Assembly: GCA_963815215.1 (NCBI GenBank)
Contig: CAWFFU010000003.1
Location: 128,001 to 192,000 of the forward strand
From: an uncultured Trueperaceae bacterium
Lineage (GTDB): Bacteria; Deinococcota; Deinococci; Deinococcales; Trueperaceae
Direction of reading: 5' to 3'
DNA length: 64,000 nt
The notes beneath the pieces are model-generated. The model worked only from the letters and a program-made list of their open reading frames with translations. It was not told where the DNA came from and did no database searches. Below, piece after piece: positions 56,287-64,000 of the stretch (the stretch's first letter is position 1; each line of letters begins with the position of its first letter). Position numbers and translations under genes: made by a program.

Positions 56287-58176
56287 ATGTTGAAATTGGA
56301 GAGCGTTGCCCTCGAGCTGCTGGAATACAAGGTGTCGGAGTTCCGCGCCACCCGGCAGGTTCGCGGCGGCGTCTCCGGCATGTGGGAGCTATACGGGCAC
56401 CTCGGTCGGCAGATGGCGGCGCTGAACCAGGAGGAGCGCGAGCGGTTGTCGGCCGTGTCGCAGAGCCTCAAGCTCATCTCCGACGGCGCGCAAGGCTCGG
56501 CGAAGCGCGCGCCTGACATCGACGCGCTGGTCCTGGGCGACGAGTTCGGCGTCGAGCTCGATAGTCCGGAGGCGGTGTCGATCGCCACGCCGGCCGCGCT
56601 GCCGGAGGAACGTGACGAGCAGGCGGTCCTCCAGCGCCTGGCGCAGCGCGTGTGGTGGGAAGAGCTCGACGAGTTCGTGCTGAAGGTCGCGGCGGGCTGG
56701 CGGGCGGAGCGCGAGCGGCAGACCGCGCGCTTGGTGTACGCCACGCTGCAGAACCTGCAGCGCAACAGCGCCAAGAAGACCTTCGCGCAGGACGTGAACC
56801 TTCGCGGTTTCCGGGTCCTGGAGGCGATCCCGGAGGTCAACGATCCGCTGGTGTCGCTCTCCGACCTCGATGCGCTGGCCGAGCTCGTGCGTGAGCTGGT
56901 CAACGCCATCATGACGCTCGGGAAGCGGGGCGGCACCTACGCGGACCTCGAGGTGCGCGAGGCGAATGCGCTGGGCTTCGTGCGCCAGGCGGCGGCGGCG
57001 GTCGCGGCCGATCCCTACGCCGGGAAGCTGTCGTTGGTCGAGCACCGGGGTCCGAGCAGCAAGCAGCTCCGCCTCGCGATCCAGGAGATCGCCAAGGAGC
57101 GGCTCCCTGAGGGGCAACGTGCGACGCACCGTAGGGAGCTGGAGAAGCGACTCGCCGAGACGCTCGCGTTCGAGCGCAACCAGCGGCAGCTCTTCCAGCA
57201 TGACGTGCTGCAGTTCACCGATCTGGTCCACGCCTTCTTCGAGCGACTCGCCGACTACCTGCCGACCTCGGTGGGTGGACACGCGAGTGGGCCGCAACTC
57301 GAGGGCGGGGTGCTGTTCGCCGTGAACCCTGCGCTCCGCTGGGAGACCGTGCCTCCGGGCACGACGGCGCTGACGGTGCGGCTGGTCGGTCCGCTGCGGT
57401 TCGAGCTGGCAGGGCACGATATCGCGGTGATGGGAGCGGGCCCGTCGCGCTCGCTGTTCGTCGGTGAGCAGGAGGTGCCGCTCCAGGGTCGGTTGGTACT
57501 CGATCTCGGACGCAGCAAGCTGAGCGTGTTCAGTGAGAGCGACTACGTCCACTTCCGCTACCGGGACGAGGGGCGATCACTGGCCGTGCGCCTGGCCCAG
57601 GCTCTGGTTGTGCTGTTCGTGCTGGCTGATCGCCGGCGTGAGGACCTGTTGACGGTGCTGAAAGTCGTCGCCAGCTCCGTGCAGGGCGACCCACAGGATC
57701 TGGTCGCCAGGGCGGTCGCGCGCGCCGGCAGCGTCAGCGCACGCGCGCCCAACCGGCGCCAGGCGGTGGAGGGCCTGTTGCGGGGCGCCGCCCGCGCGGC
57801 CGGCATCACTCTCGATGACAATTCCGTGCTGGGCCTGGTTCAGCGCTTCGTCGACGCCATGACGGTGGATGCCAACGATGTCTCCAACGTCCTCGAGCGC
57901 GTGCCCGGCGCGGAGTCCAACGTCTACCAGCTCACCGGCGAGCCGCTCACGATCGATCTGGGGGGACAGAAGATCACCGTTCGGCAGTACCGCGGGCGCA
58001 GCCTCGAGTCGCAGGAGAGCCTGGTCGCCATGCTGCCGGGTCAGGTACTGGGCTCGTTCACGGATTACCTGATCGCCCCGCTCGGCAACGGTACGGTGAC
58101 CCTGGTGCGCGGCGAGCAGGAACTGGCCGTGGTCTACGTTCCGGAACTGATGACCGGCAACGGGCAGGCCCTCTGA
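56287..58176 (+). CDS. Hypothetical protein (629 aa)
   Basis: Long ORF with genome-like codon pattern; TATACT 9 nt before ATG; no family recognised. Confidence 0.8.
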   Translation: MLKLESVALELLEYKVSEFRATRQVRGGVSGMWELYGHLGRQMAALNQEERERLSAVSQSLKLISDGAQGSAKRAPDIDALVLGDEFGVELDSPEAVSIATPAALPEERDEQAVLQRLAQRVWWEELDEFVLKVAAGWRAERERQTARLVYATLQNLQRNSAKKTFAQDVNLRGFRVLEAIPEVNDPLVSLSDLDALAELVRELVNAIMTLGKRGGTYADLEVREANALGFVRQAAAAVAADPYAGKLSLVEHRGPSSKQLRLAIQEIAKERLPEGQRATHRRELEKRLAETLAFERNQRQLFQHDVLQFTDLVHAFFERLADYLPTSVGGHASGPQLEGGVLFAVNPALRWETVPPGTTALTVRLVGPLRFELAGHDIAVMGAGPSRSLFVGEQEVPLQGRLVLDLGRSKLSVFSESDYVHFRYRDEGRSLAVRLAQALVVLFVLADRRREDLLTVLKVVASSVQGDPQDLVARAVARAGSVSARAPNRRQAVEGLLRGAARAAGITLDDNSVLGLVQRFVDAMTVDANDVSNVLERVPGAESNVYQLTGEPLTIDLGGQKITVRQYRGRSLESQESLVAMLPGQVLGSFTDYLIAPLGNGTVTLVRGEQELAVVYVPELMTGNGQAL

Positions 58177-58234
58177 GTCAACCCTCCCGCCGCGAGACCA
58201 GGTCGGACCTACGACTCGAGAAGGGAGCAGCAGC

Positions 58235-58516
58235 ATGGCGCACACGCTTGACGACTCCACCATCGGCGAACGGCTGGGAGAGCTCGACGGTTGGCGTTTG
58301 CAGGGGGGCAAGCTCCGCCGGGAGTACCGCTTCGATGACTTCTCGGCGGCCTTCGGCTTCCTGAGCCGCGTGGCGCTGCTGGCCGAGAAGCGCAACCACC
58401 ACCCAGACATCTGGAACAGCTACCGACAGGTGGTCATCGAGCTGATGAGCCACGACGCCGGAGGCGTGACCGAGGCCGACCTGGAGATGGCGGCGGCCAT
58501 CCAGGCGCTGTCCTGA
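58235..58516 (+). CDS. phhB: Pterin-4-alpha-carbinolamine dehydratase
   Basis: F..AFGF..VA..AE..NHHPD, SHDAGGVT..D. Confidence 0.9.
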   Translation: MAHTLDDSTIGERLGELDGWRLQGGKLRREYRFDDFSAAFGFLSRVALLAEKRNHHPDIWNSYRQVVIELMSHDAGGVTEADLEMAAAIQALS

Positions 58517-58600
58517 TCAGGGGGCTTTGCCACCCGAGGTGCCACCGGAGGTCCCACCCGTGCTCGGCGCGGTGCCGTCCGACGGGGTGCCCGTCGTGCC

Positions 58601-58645
58601 CGTTCCCGGTGTCGTCGTTCCCGGTGTCGTGGTTCCCGGCGTAGG
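58601..58645 (-). repeat. 15-nt coding tandem repeat (TTPGT)
   Basis: cgttcccggtgtcgt twice plus a degenerate third copy. Confidence 0.8.
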
Positions 58646-59339
58646 TGTTCCGGCGCCGTCCGCGCCGGTGGCGGACGGCGCCGTACCTGGAGCCGTCTTG
58701 GACGGCGGCGAGAAGGTGTAGGCCTGCTCCAGCAGGGCCAGATCCTTCCGGTCGACGCGGCCATCGCCGTTGAAGTCGGCCGGCATGTTCACGCCTTGCT
58801 TCCCGAACGCCTGCCCGAACAGCACCAGGTCGTAGAAGTCGACCGTGCCGTCGTGGTTCAGATCCTCGCGAGCGTACGTGCGCTGGGCCTGCAGGGTCTG
58901 CACGTCCGTGGCGGTGGGCGTGTCGGGCTCGCCGGTCGCGGGCACGGCGAACGCCATGACGCCGCGACCCCCCTCGGGCAGTCCGAGCAGGACGCCGACT
59001 TCGTGGAGGAGGACCATGGGATGCTTGGCGACCGCGCCGGACGCGACCCGGACCTCGACGCCGTTCTTGCCCGGGACACGCAGATCCAGCGACAGCGTGT
59101 CGGGACCGAGCTGGGCGGGAGCCGCGTAGCCTAGGCTGGAGGCCGCTTTGGCGTCGATCTGGAGCGCCACCAGATCAGGCGCCGCTTTCGTCCAGGCGTC
59201 GATGGCGGCCTTGAGATCGTCCTCCAGCGTGGAGGGGCCGCCGCTGGCGTCCACGGCAACCGTCCTGACCGGTGCGGCGGTCGGGACGGCGGACCCCGGC
59301 GCGCCGGCGGCGTCGGTCGGGGTACTCGGGGCAGTCTTC

Positions 59340-59425
59340 GGGGGCGTCGCTGCCGGGGGCGTCGCGGCCGGTGGGGTTGCGTGCCGGTGGGGTTGCTGTC
59401 GGTGGGGTGTCGGCCGGCGGCGTGG
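59340..59425 (-). repeat. Degenerate 15-nt coding tandem repeat (TPPAA-like, about 6 copies)
   Basis: Units such as ACC CCA CCG GCA GCA and ACG CCC CCG GCA GCG on the minus strand. Confidence 0.75.
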
Positions 59426-59506
59426 AGGGGGCCGGCTGGGCCGAGACCGCCACGCCCAGCACGAAGATCAGCACCACTACCGTCCGGCGCACGCGGGCGA
59501 CCGGTC

Positions 59507-60178
59507 TCACGGCGTCCCCCCCGGTGTTCCCCCGGTCGTTCCGCCGGTCGTTCCAACCGCGCCGGAGAGTGCGTCGCGGATGGCCTTCACGATGCTGTCC
59601 AGTGGAGCTCCCGAGCCGCCCGCCACCAGGGTGCCGGCGCCGGACACCGACAGCACGGTGCCGTCTTCATCCTGCAGGCCCGCCGGCGTCACTCGCCACA
59701 GGCCCTGGCGGAACCCGACGATGGGTGAGGCGTACGACTGGTCGTAAGCGAACACCAGCACCTGCTCGCCGACCTTGAACTGCGGCATGCCGCTCACCGT
59801 GAGGGCCGGGCCGCCGGGGACTGCGCCGCCGAGGAAGGCGAGGTCGACGGGTCCCGTCGGCTGGCCCTGGGCGTCGACGGGCACCCCTTCGAGAGCCGTG
59901 TCGACGGTGAACCGCACGTGCGTCCAGGGCGTACCGCCGTCGTTGGCGACGCGAACGTCCTCGACGGTGCCGACGAACACCAGGCCCGCCCGCTCGAGCA
60001 TGGCCTGGGGAGTCAGCTGCAGGTAGGTGGTGGCGGAAGCGGGTGCTCCCGCGAGCAGCAATCCGAGCAGCGCCGCGGTCAGGCGCCATAGGGGTGCCGG
60101 CAGCGAACGGCGACTGGGGGTGCGGTTGCGGGAGGGGTGGTGGCCGGACGGGTGCCCGAAGCCGTGGCGTGAGCTCAC
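59507..60178 (-). CDS. Secreted protein, TIMP/NTR-like OB-fold candidate
   Basis: Signal peptide ending ASA-TT; AGLVFVGTVEDV..T.V.F.V..ALEG..P.FKVGEQVLVF pattern; GT-rich tail. Confidence 0.6.
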   Translation of the reverse strand: MSSRHGFGHPSGHHPSRNRTPSRRSLPAPLWRLTAALLGLLLAGAPASATTYLQLTPQAMLERAGLVFVGTVEDVRVANDGGTPWTHVRFTVDTALEGVPVDAQGQPTGPVDLAFLGGAVPGGPALTVSGMPQFKVGEQVLVFAYDQSYASPIVGFRQGLWRVTPAGLQDEDGTVLSVSGAGTLVAGGSGAPLDSIVKAIRDALSGAVGTTGGTTGGTPGGTP

Positions 60179-61032
60179 GGTATCCCCTTGCCGGTACCCG
60201 GCAGGCCGGGGAAGCCGTTGCCCGGAACGGGCGCGGGGGCGGAGTCCGTCGTGCCCGCCGAGGAGGGGGAAGTGGCCGAAGCCGGCGGGCGCCCCTCACT
60301 GGTCTGTGCGAAGTCGTGACCCCCGCTCGACATGAACTCCGTCTCGGCATCGAGCTTCAGGTAGCTCGCGCCCGCCGTGGGCTGGAGGTCGAACTGGAAG
60401 AGGCCGGCCTCGCCGTCGAGGGTAGTGCCCAACGGTGCCAGCGCTACCTGGAGCTGCCCGTCGGACGCCTGTTCGAGCAGCGCCAGCCCCTGGCGGCTGG
60501 CCCGCACGCTGCCCTGGACCAGTTGGAAGCGCTTGGGGTCCCAACGGACTTGCGTGCGCAGCCCTTCGAATCCGCGAGCATTGCGCAGCTGCACGCGCAG
60601 CGTGATGCGGTGGTCGACCTCGGTGTTGGGCGCATTGAAGGTCACGCTCGGGGGCGGCAGCTCGGACACCGTCAGCGTGTACTTCTGCACCGTCTTCGAG
60701 AGATTGGCGTCGGTGACCTGCAGCGAGAAGCTGTATCGACCGGTCTTGCTAGGGCTTCCGCGCAGGGTTCCGCCCTGCAGCTGGATCCCCGGCGGCAGCT
60801 GCCCGTCGGCGAGCGCGAAGTCGTAGGGTCGCAGGCCACCTGTGGCCTGAACCGGTTCGTTGTAGGGCTCCGCGAGGTAGGCCTGCGGCAGGGAGGTCCC
60901 GAGGATCCGCAGCGCCTCGCCCGGGGTGTTGAGGTCGCCCGTGCAGCCGCTCAGGAGCAACGCCGTCGTCAGCGCGGCCACGAGCACTGTCGGTGCCCTG
61001 GTCCAGCGAACGGTCCGGTAGGCTCCCTGCAT
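60175..61032 (-). CDS. Lipoprotein with putative Ig (He_PIG) domain and cohesin-like domain
   Basis: Lipobox LLSG-C; LPQAYL..Y...QATGG..PY.F....G.LPPG....G.L.G.P...G.YSF..QVTD; then beta-sandwich with VRWDPKRFQLV and LDGEAGLFQFDLQ. Confidence 0.7.
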   Translation of the reverse strand: MQGAYRTVRWTRAPTVLVAALTTALLLSGCTGDLNTPGEALRILGTSLPQAYLAEPYNEPVQATGGLRPYDFALADGQLPPGIQLQGGTLRGSPSKTGRYSFSLQVTDANLSKTVQKYTLTVSELPPPSVTFNAPNTEVDHRITLRVQLRNARGFEGLRTQVRWDPKRFQLVQGSVRASRQGLALLEQASDGQLQVALAPLGTTLDGEAGLFQFDLQPTAGASYLKLDAETEFMSSGGHDFAQTSEGRPPASATSPSSAGTTDSAPAPVPGNGFPGLPGTGKGIP

Positions 61033-61314
61033 GCGCGGCGTGGCGATCGGCTCCTCTCGGGTTCGGGCTCGTTGACGGCCGATGACAGGGATTGTACCCG
61101 CGCGACCCGCCGACCGGCAATGGAGTGCCCACGGTTGAGGCGTCGGTGACGCTATCAGCGTCCCTCGAAGGACGTCTGGCGCGCGACACGCGTGCTAAGC
61201 TCCGAAGAACCACGAGGAAGCGCGTGGGTCCGGTTGCGGCCCCGCGCGGCGACGCCGCGTCCCGGGGGCGGAGCGGCGTGATCGGCGTCCAGAGTCCCCC
61301 GGGAGGGCGAGACC

Positions 61315-64000
61315 GTGAAGCCATGCAATGACATCCGCCGCCTGGGGCGTGCCGGAGCCGCGGGGCTGTGGACGCGTCATCTCCATGTGGCGCTGGAGGC
61401 GCGGCGACGCTACCGCATCGAGGGCGAGCTGTTCGGGGTGCGCGGACGGCTGATGTTCGGCGATCTGGCGACGGCCCACCAGCTGGCGGCACGGATGAAT
61501 AAGGTCCGCGATTCGGAGCGCTACCCCGAGCTGGCGCTCGGCGGCAGCGAACTGTACGGAGCGGCGCTGCTGCACGAGCTGATGCACGCGCTGGTGCAGG
61601 TGGCGTCCGAGCGGTCGGGCGGGAGCGTGGTGGATCGCGCCGCGGACGGTCTCGAGTCGGCCCTCGGCGCTCAGGCGCTGGCGTCGACTCTGCTGGCGTT
61701 CGTCGAGCGCTTCCCGGCGCCCGTCGTGGCGGACGGTTGGGAGGATGCTGCGCGTTACCTGGCGGGATCGACGGAGGAGACCCCCAATCGCGCTGTCGTG
61801 CTGGAGGAGGCGTTGCTGCTATGGCTGGCGAACGCCAACCCGGCACTGGAACGCCTGCAGGAGCTCTTCGACGACGCGCCCCTGCGGCGCACGAGCGATT
61901 ACCCCCGAGCGCTGTCCCTACTGGAGGAAGGCCTGCGCGAGCACGGGCCCGCGCTCGCCGGCGGCATGTCGTTGATCGACCTGCTGTGGGCGCCGCAACG
62001 TCACAGCCCGACCTCGCTCGAAGGGCAGCTCAGGGTGGCCGAGGAGATGTGGGGGACGGTGCTGGGTGAGCGCTTCTCAGGCCTGCTGGCACGGCTCTTA
62101 CGCTCGCTCGACGCCCTCGGCGAGGCCCGAGGGCGCGGCCCGGGGGGCCCCGGGCCGGCGCCGATCCTCGACGCCGAAACGCTCGCGCGGCCGGGTGAGG
62201 TCGAGGCCTTCAGCCCCGACAGCGACTGGATGCCCCGTGTGGTGCTGATCGCGAAGAGCACGTACGTGTGGCTCTCCCAGCTGGAGCGCCGCTTCGGCCG
62301 TGAGGTCAGGCGGCTCGATCAGATCCCCGACGAGGCCCTCGACGAGCTTGCCGCCCACGGGTTCAACGGTCTGTGGCTGATCGGCCTATGGGAGCGCAGC
62401 GAAGCTTCGCGCCGCATCAAACAGCGCCGCGGCCAGGCCGACGCGCTCGCCAGCGCCTATGCGCTGTACGACTATGTGGTCGCCGACGATCTGGGTGGCG
62501 AAGCGGCGCTGCGCGATCTCGAGGGGCGGGCGGCCAGCCGGGGCATCCGCTTGGCCGGTGACATGGTTCCCAACCACGTCGGCATCGACGGCAAGTGGGT
62601 CGCCGAGAATCCGGACTGGTTCATCCAGCTCGATCACCCGCCCTACCCGGGCTACCGCTTCGACGGTCCGGATCTGTCGTCCAATCCCGCCATGGCCGTG
62701 ATGATCGAGGACCACTATTGGGACGACAGCGATGCCGCGGTAGTGTTCAAACGTGTCGACCGCGCCGGCGGCGAGGCGCGCTACATCTACCACGGCAACG
62801 ACGGCACCACCATGCCGTGGAACGACACCGCGCAGCTCGACTACCTCAAGCCGGAGGTGCGTGAGGCTGTCATCCAGACCGTCCTCCACGTCGCACGGAC
62901 GGTGCCGATCATCCGCTTCGACGCCGCCATGACGCTCGCCAAGCGGCATATCCAGCGGCTCTGGTATCCGCCCCCCGGGCACGGTGGCGCCATCCCCTCG
63001 CGCAGCGCCTACGGAGGCATGAGTGCCGAGGCGTTCGAGCGCAGCATGCCGGTCGAGTTCTGGCGAGAGGTCGTGGACCGGGTCGCGCGCGAGGCTCCCG
63101 GCACGCTCCTGCTCGCCGAGGCGTTCTGGATGATGGAGGGTTACTTCGTCCGGACCCTCGGGATGCACCGGGTGTACAACAGCGCGTTCATGAACATGCT
63201 GAAACGCGAGGAGAACGCGGACTATCGATTGTTGATGAAGAACGTGCTGGCGTTCGATCCGCGCATCCTGGGCCGTTTCGTCAACTTCATGAACAACCCC
63301 GACGAGGAGACCGCCATCGCGCAGTTCGGGGACGGCGACAAGTACTTCGGTGCCGCGGTGATGATGGCCACGCTGCCCGGCCTGCCGATGTTCGGGCACG
63401 GTCAGGTGGAGGGCTTCCGCGAGAAGTACGGCATGGAGTACCGTGCGCCGACGTTCGACGAGGAAGCGGACGAACGCATGGTGCAACGCCACCGGCGAGA
63501 GATCGCACCCCTGCTCCATCGGCGCTCCCAGTTCGCCCCTGCCGAGACCTTCCGGCTGTACGACGTCTTCGGGGACGACGGGTCGGTGCGCGAGGACGTC
63601 TACGCCTATAGCAACCGCGCCGCGGGCGGCGCCTCGCTGATCCTGTTCAACAACCGCTACCCGCGCAGCGACGGCACCATCCACCGCAGCGTCCCCTTCG
63701 CCGAGCCCTGGTCGAACGGCTCCATGCGTGACGAGGCGATCCACGAGGCGCTCGGCATCGCAGGGGGCGAGCAACGCTTCACCGTCCTGCGGGAGCGGCT
63801 CGCCGGCCTCGACTACCTGCATCGCTCCGACGACCTGATCCGGCAGGGATTGCGCTTCAGCCTCGACGGCTTCCAATCGCGTGCGTTCACCGAGATCCGG
63901 GAGGTGCGTGACGAGGACGGCAGCTACGCCGGACTCCATGCCCAGCTCGCCGGGGCCGGCGTTCCCGACGTGGACGAGGCCCGGCTCGATTGGTCGTTGC
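61315..64000 (+). CDS. Large GH13 alpha-amylase-family protein, 3'-truncated by window edge (absent from ORF track)
   Basis: GTG 61315 after GGGAGG; frame appears open to the window end; GH13 regions DMVPNH, IRFDAAM, LAEAFW, FMNNPDE. Confidence 0.88.
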   Translation, partial: MKPCNDIRRLGRAGAAGLWTRHLHVALEARRRYRIEGELFGVRGRLMFGDLATAHQLAARMNKVRDSERYPELALGGSELYGAALLHELMHALVQVASERSGGSVVDRAADGLESALGAQALASTLLAFVERFPAPVVADGWEDAARYLAGSTEETPNRAVVLEEALLLWLANANPALERLQELFDDAPLRRTSDYPRALSLLEEGLREHGPALAGGMSLIDLLWAPQRHSPTSLEGQLRVAEEMWGTVLGERFSGLLARLLRSLDALGEARGRGPGGPGPAPILDAETLARPGEVEAFSPDSDWMPRVVLIAKSTYVWLSQLERRFGREVRRLDQIPDEALDELAAHGFNGLWLIGLWERSEASRRIKQRRGQADALASAYALYDYVVADDLGGEAALRDLEGRAASRGIRLAGDMVPNHVGIDGKWVAENPDWFIQLDHPPYPGYRFDGPDLSSNPAMAVMIEDHYWDDSDAAVVFKRVDRAGGEARYIYHGNDGTTMPWNDTAQLDYLKPEVREAVIQTVLHVARTVPIIRFDAAMTLAKRHIQRLWYPPPGHGGAIPSRSAYGGMSAEAFERSMPVEFWREVVDRVAREAPGTLLLAEAFWMMEGYFVRTLGMHRVYNSAFMNMLKREENADYRLLMKNVLAFDPRILGRFVNFMNNPDEETAIAQFGDGDKYFGAAVMMATLPGLPMFGHGQVEGFREKYGMEYRAPTFDEEADERMVQRHRREIAPLLHRRSQFAPAETFRLYDVFGDDGSVREDVYAYSNRAAGGASLILFNNRYPRSDGTIHRSVPFAEPWSNGSMRDEAIHEALGIAGGEQRFTVLRERLAGLDYLHRSDDLIRQGLRFSLDGFQSRAFTEIREVRDEDGSYAGLHAQLAGAGVPDVDEARLDWSL

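Larger units (their letters stand above)
58517..59510 (-). pseudogene. Secreted protein with Pro/Thr linker, degenerate matrixin-like domain and dockerin-like domain; interrupted by a +1 frameshift at 59381
   Basis: Signal peptide frame (from 59510) and body frame (to 58517) join into 330 aa if the extra base at 59381 is removed; DLNHDGTVDFYDL and DFNGDGRVDRKDL repeats. May be a sequencing error. Confidence 0.7.

Noticed and set aside
58601..59425. Short tandem repeats as a CRISPR array
   Set aside because: 15-nt in-frame coding repeats without spacers; no cas genes
61573..61587. HELMH (HExxH) motif in the GH13 N-terminal extension as a metalloprotease site
   Set aside because: Isolated five-residue match with no supporting protease context
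62386..63939. 517-aa minus-strand ORF
   Set aside because: Shadow of the plus-strand GH13 gene, which carries the conserved motifs

Overview
High-GC (roughly 70% by eye) bacterial chromosomal window, most consistent with Deinococcota and plausibly Trueperaceae. The clues are an AAA/LysW lysine operon, bshC, efp-accB-accC-asp23-nusB-folD-DUF212 synteny and many -10 boxes directly before start codons. Most of the window is housekeeping: two peptide ABC systems, purQLF, guaB, mutY, secG, tRNA-Leu(CAA) and the lys operon. No CRISPR array, IS element or prophage was seen. Two accessory systems stand out. (1) 9.1-17.9 kb: a putative glycosphingolipid pathway with serine palmitoyltransferase, a bCerS-like GNAT, a CPBP protein, a CerR-like reductase, UDP-galactopyranose mutase, GT28, a flippase-like protein and GT4, flanked by an MMPL plus LolD/FtsX-type exporter. 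Sphingolipids are not, to my knowledge, described for this phylum. (2) 58.5-61.0 kb: a three-gene surface operon with an Ig+cohesin-like lipoprotein, a TIMP/NTR-like secreted protein and a dockerin-bearing degenerate metzincin split by a 1-nt insertion in a tandem repeat. The ORF track misses a cysteine-free LysW (49193-49357) and a large GH13 gene running off the right end. A YcaQ-like glycosylase and a GNAT are inserted within the lys operon. All family assignments come from motif recognition by eye; no database searches were run.
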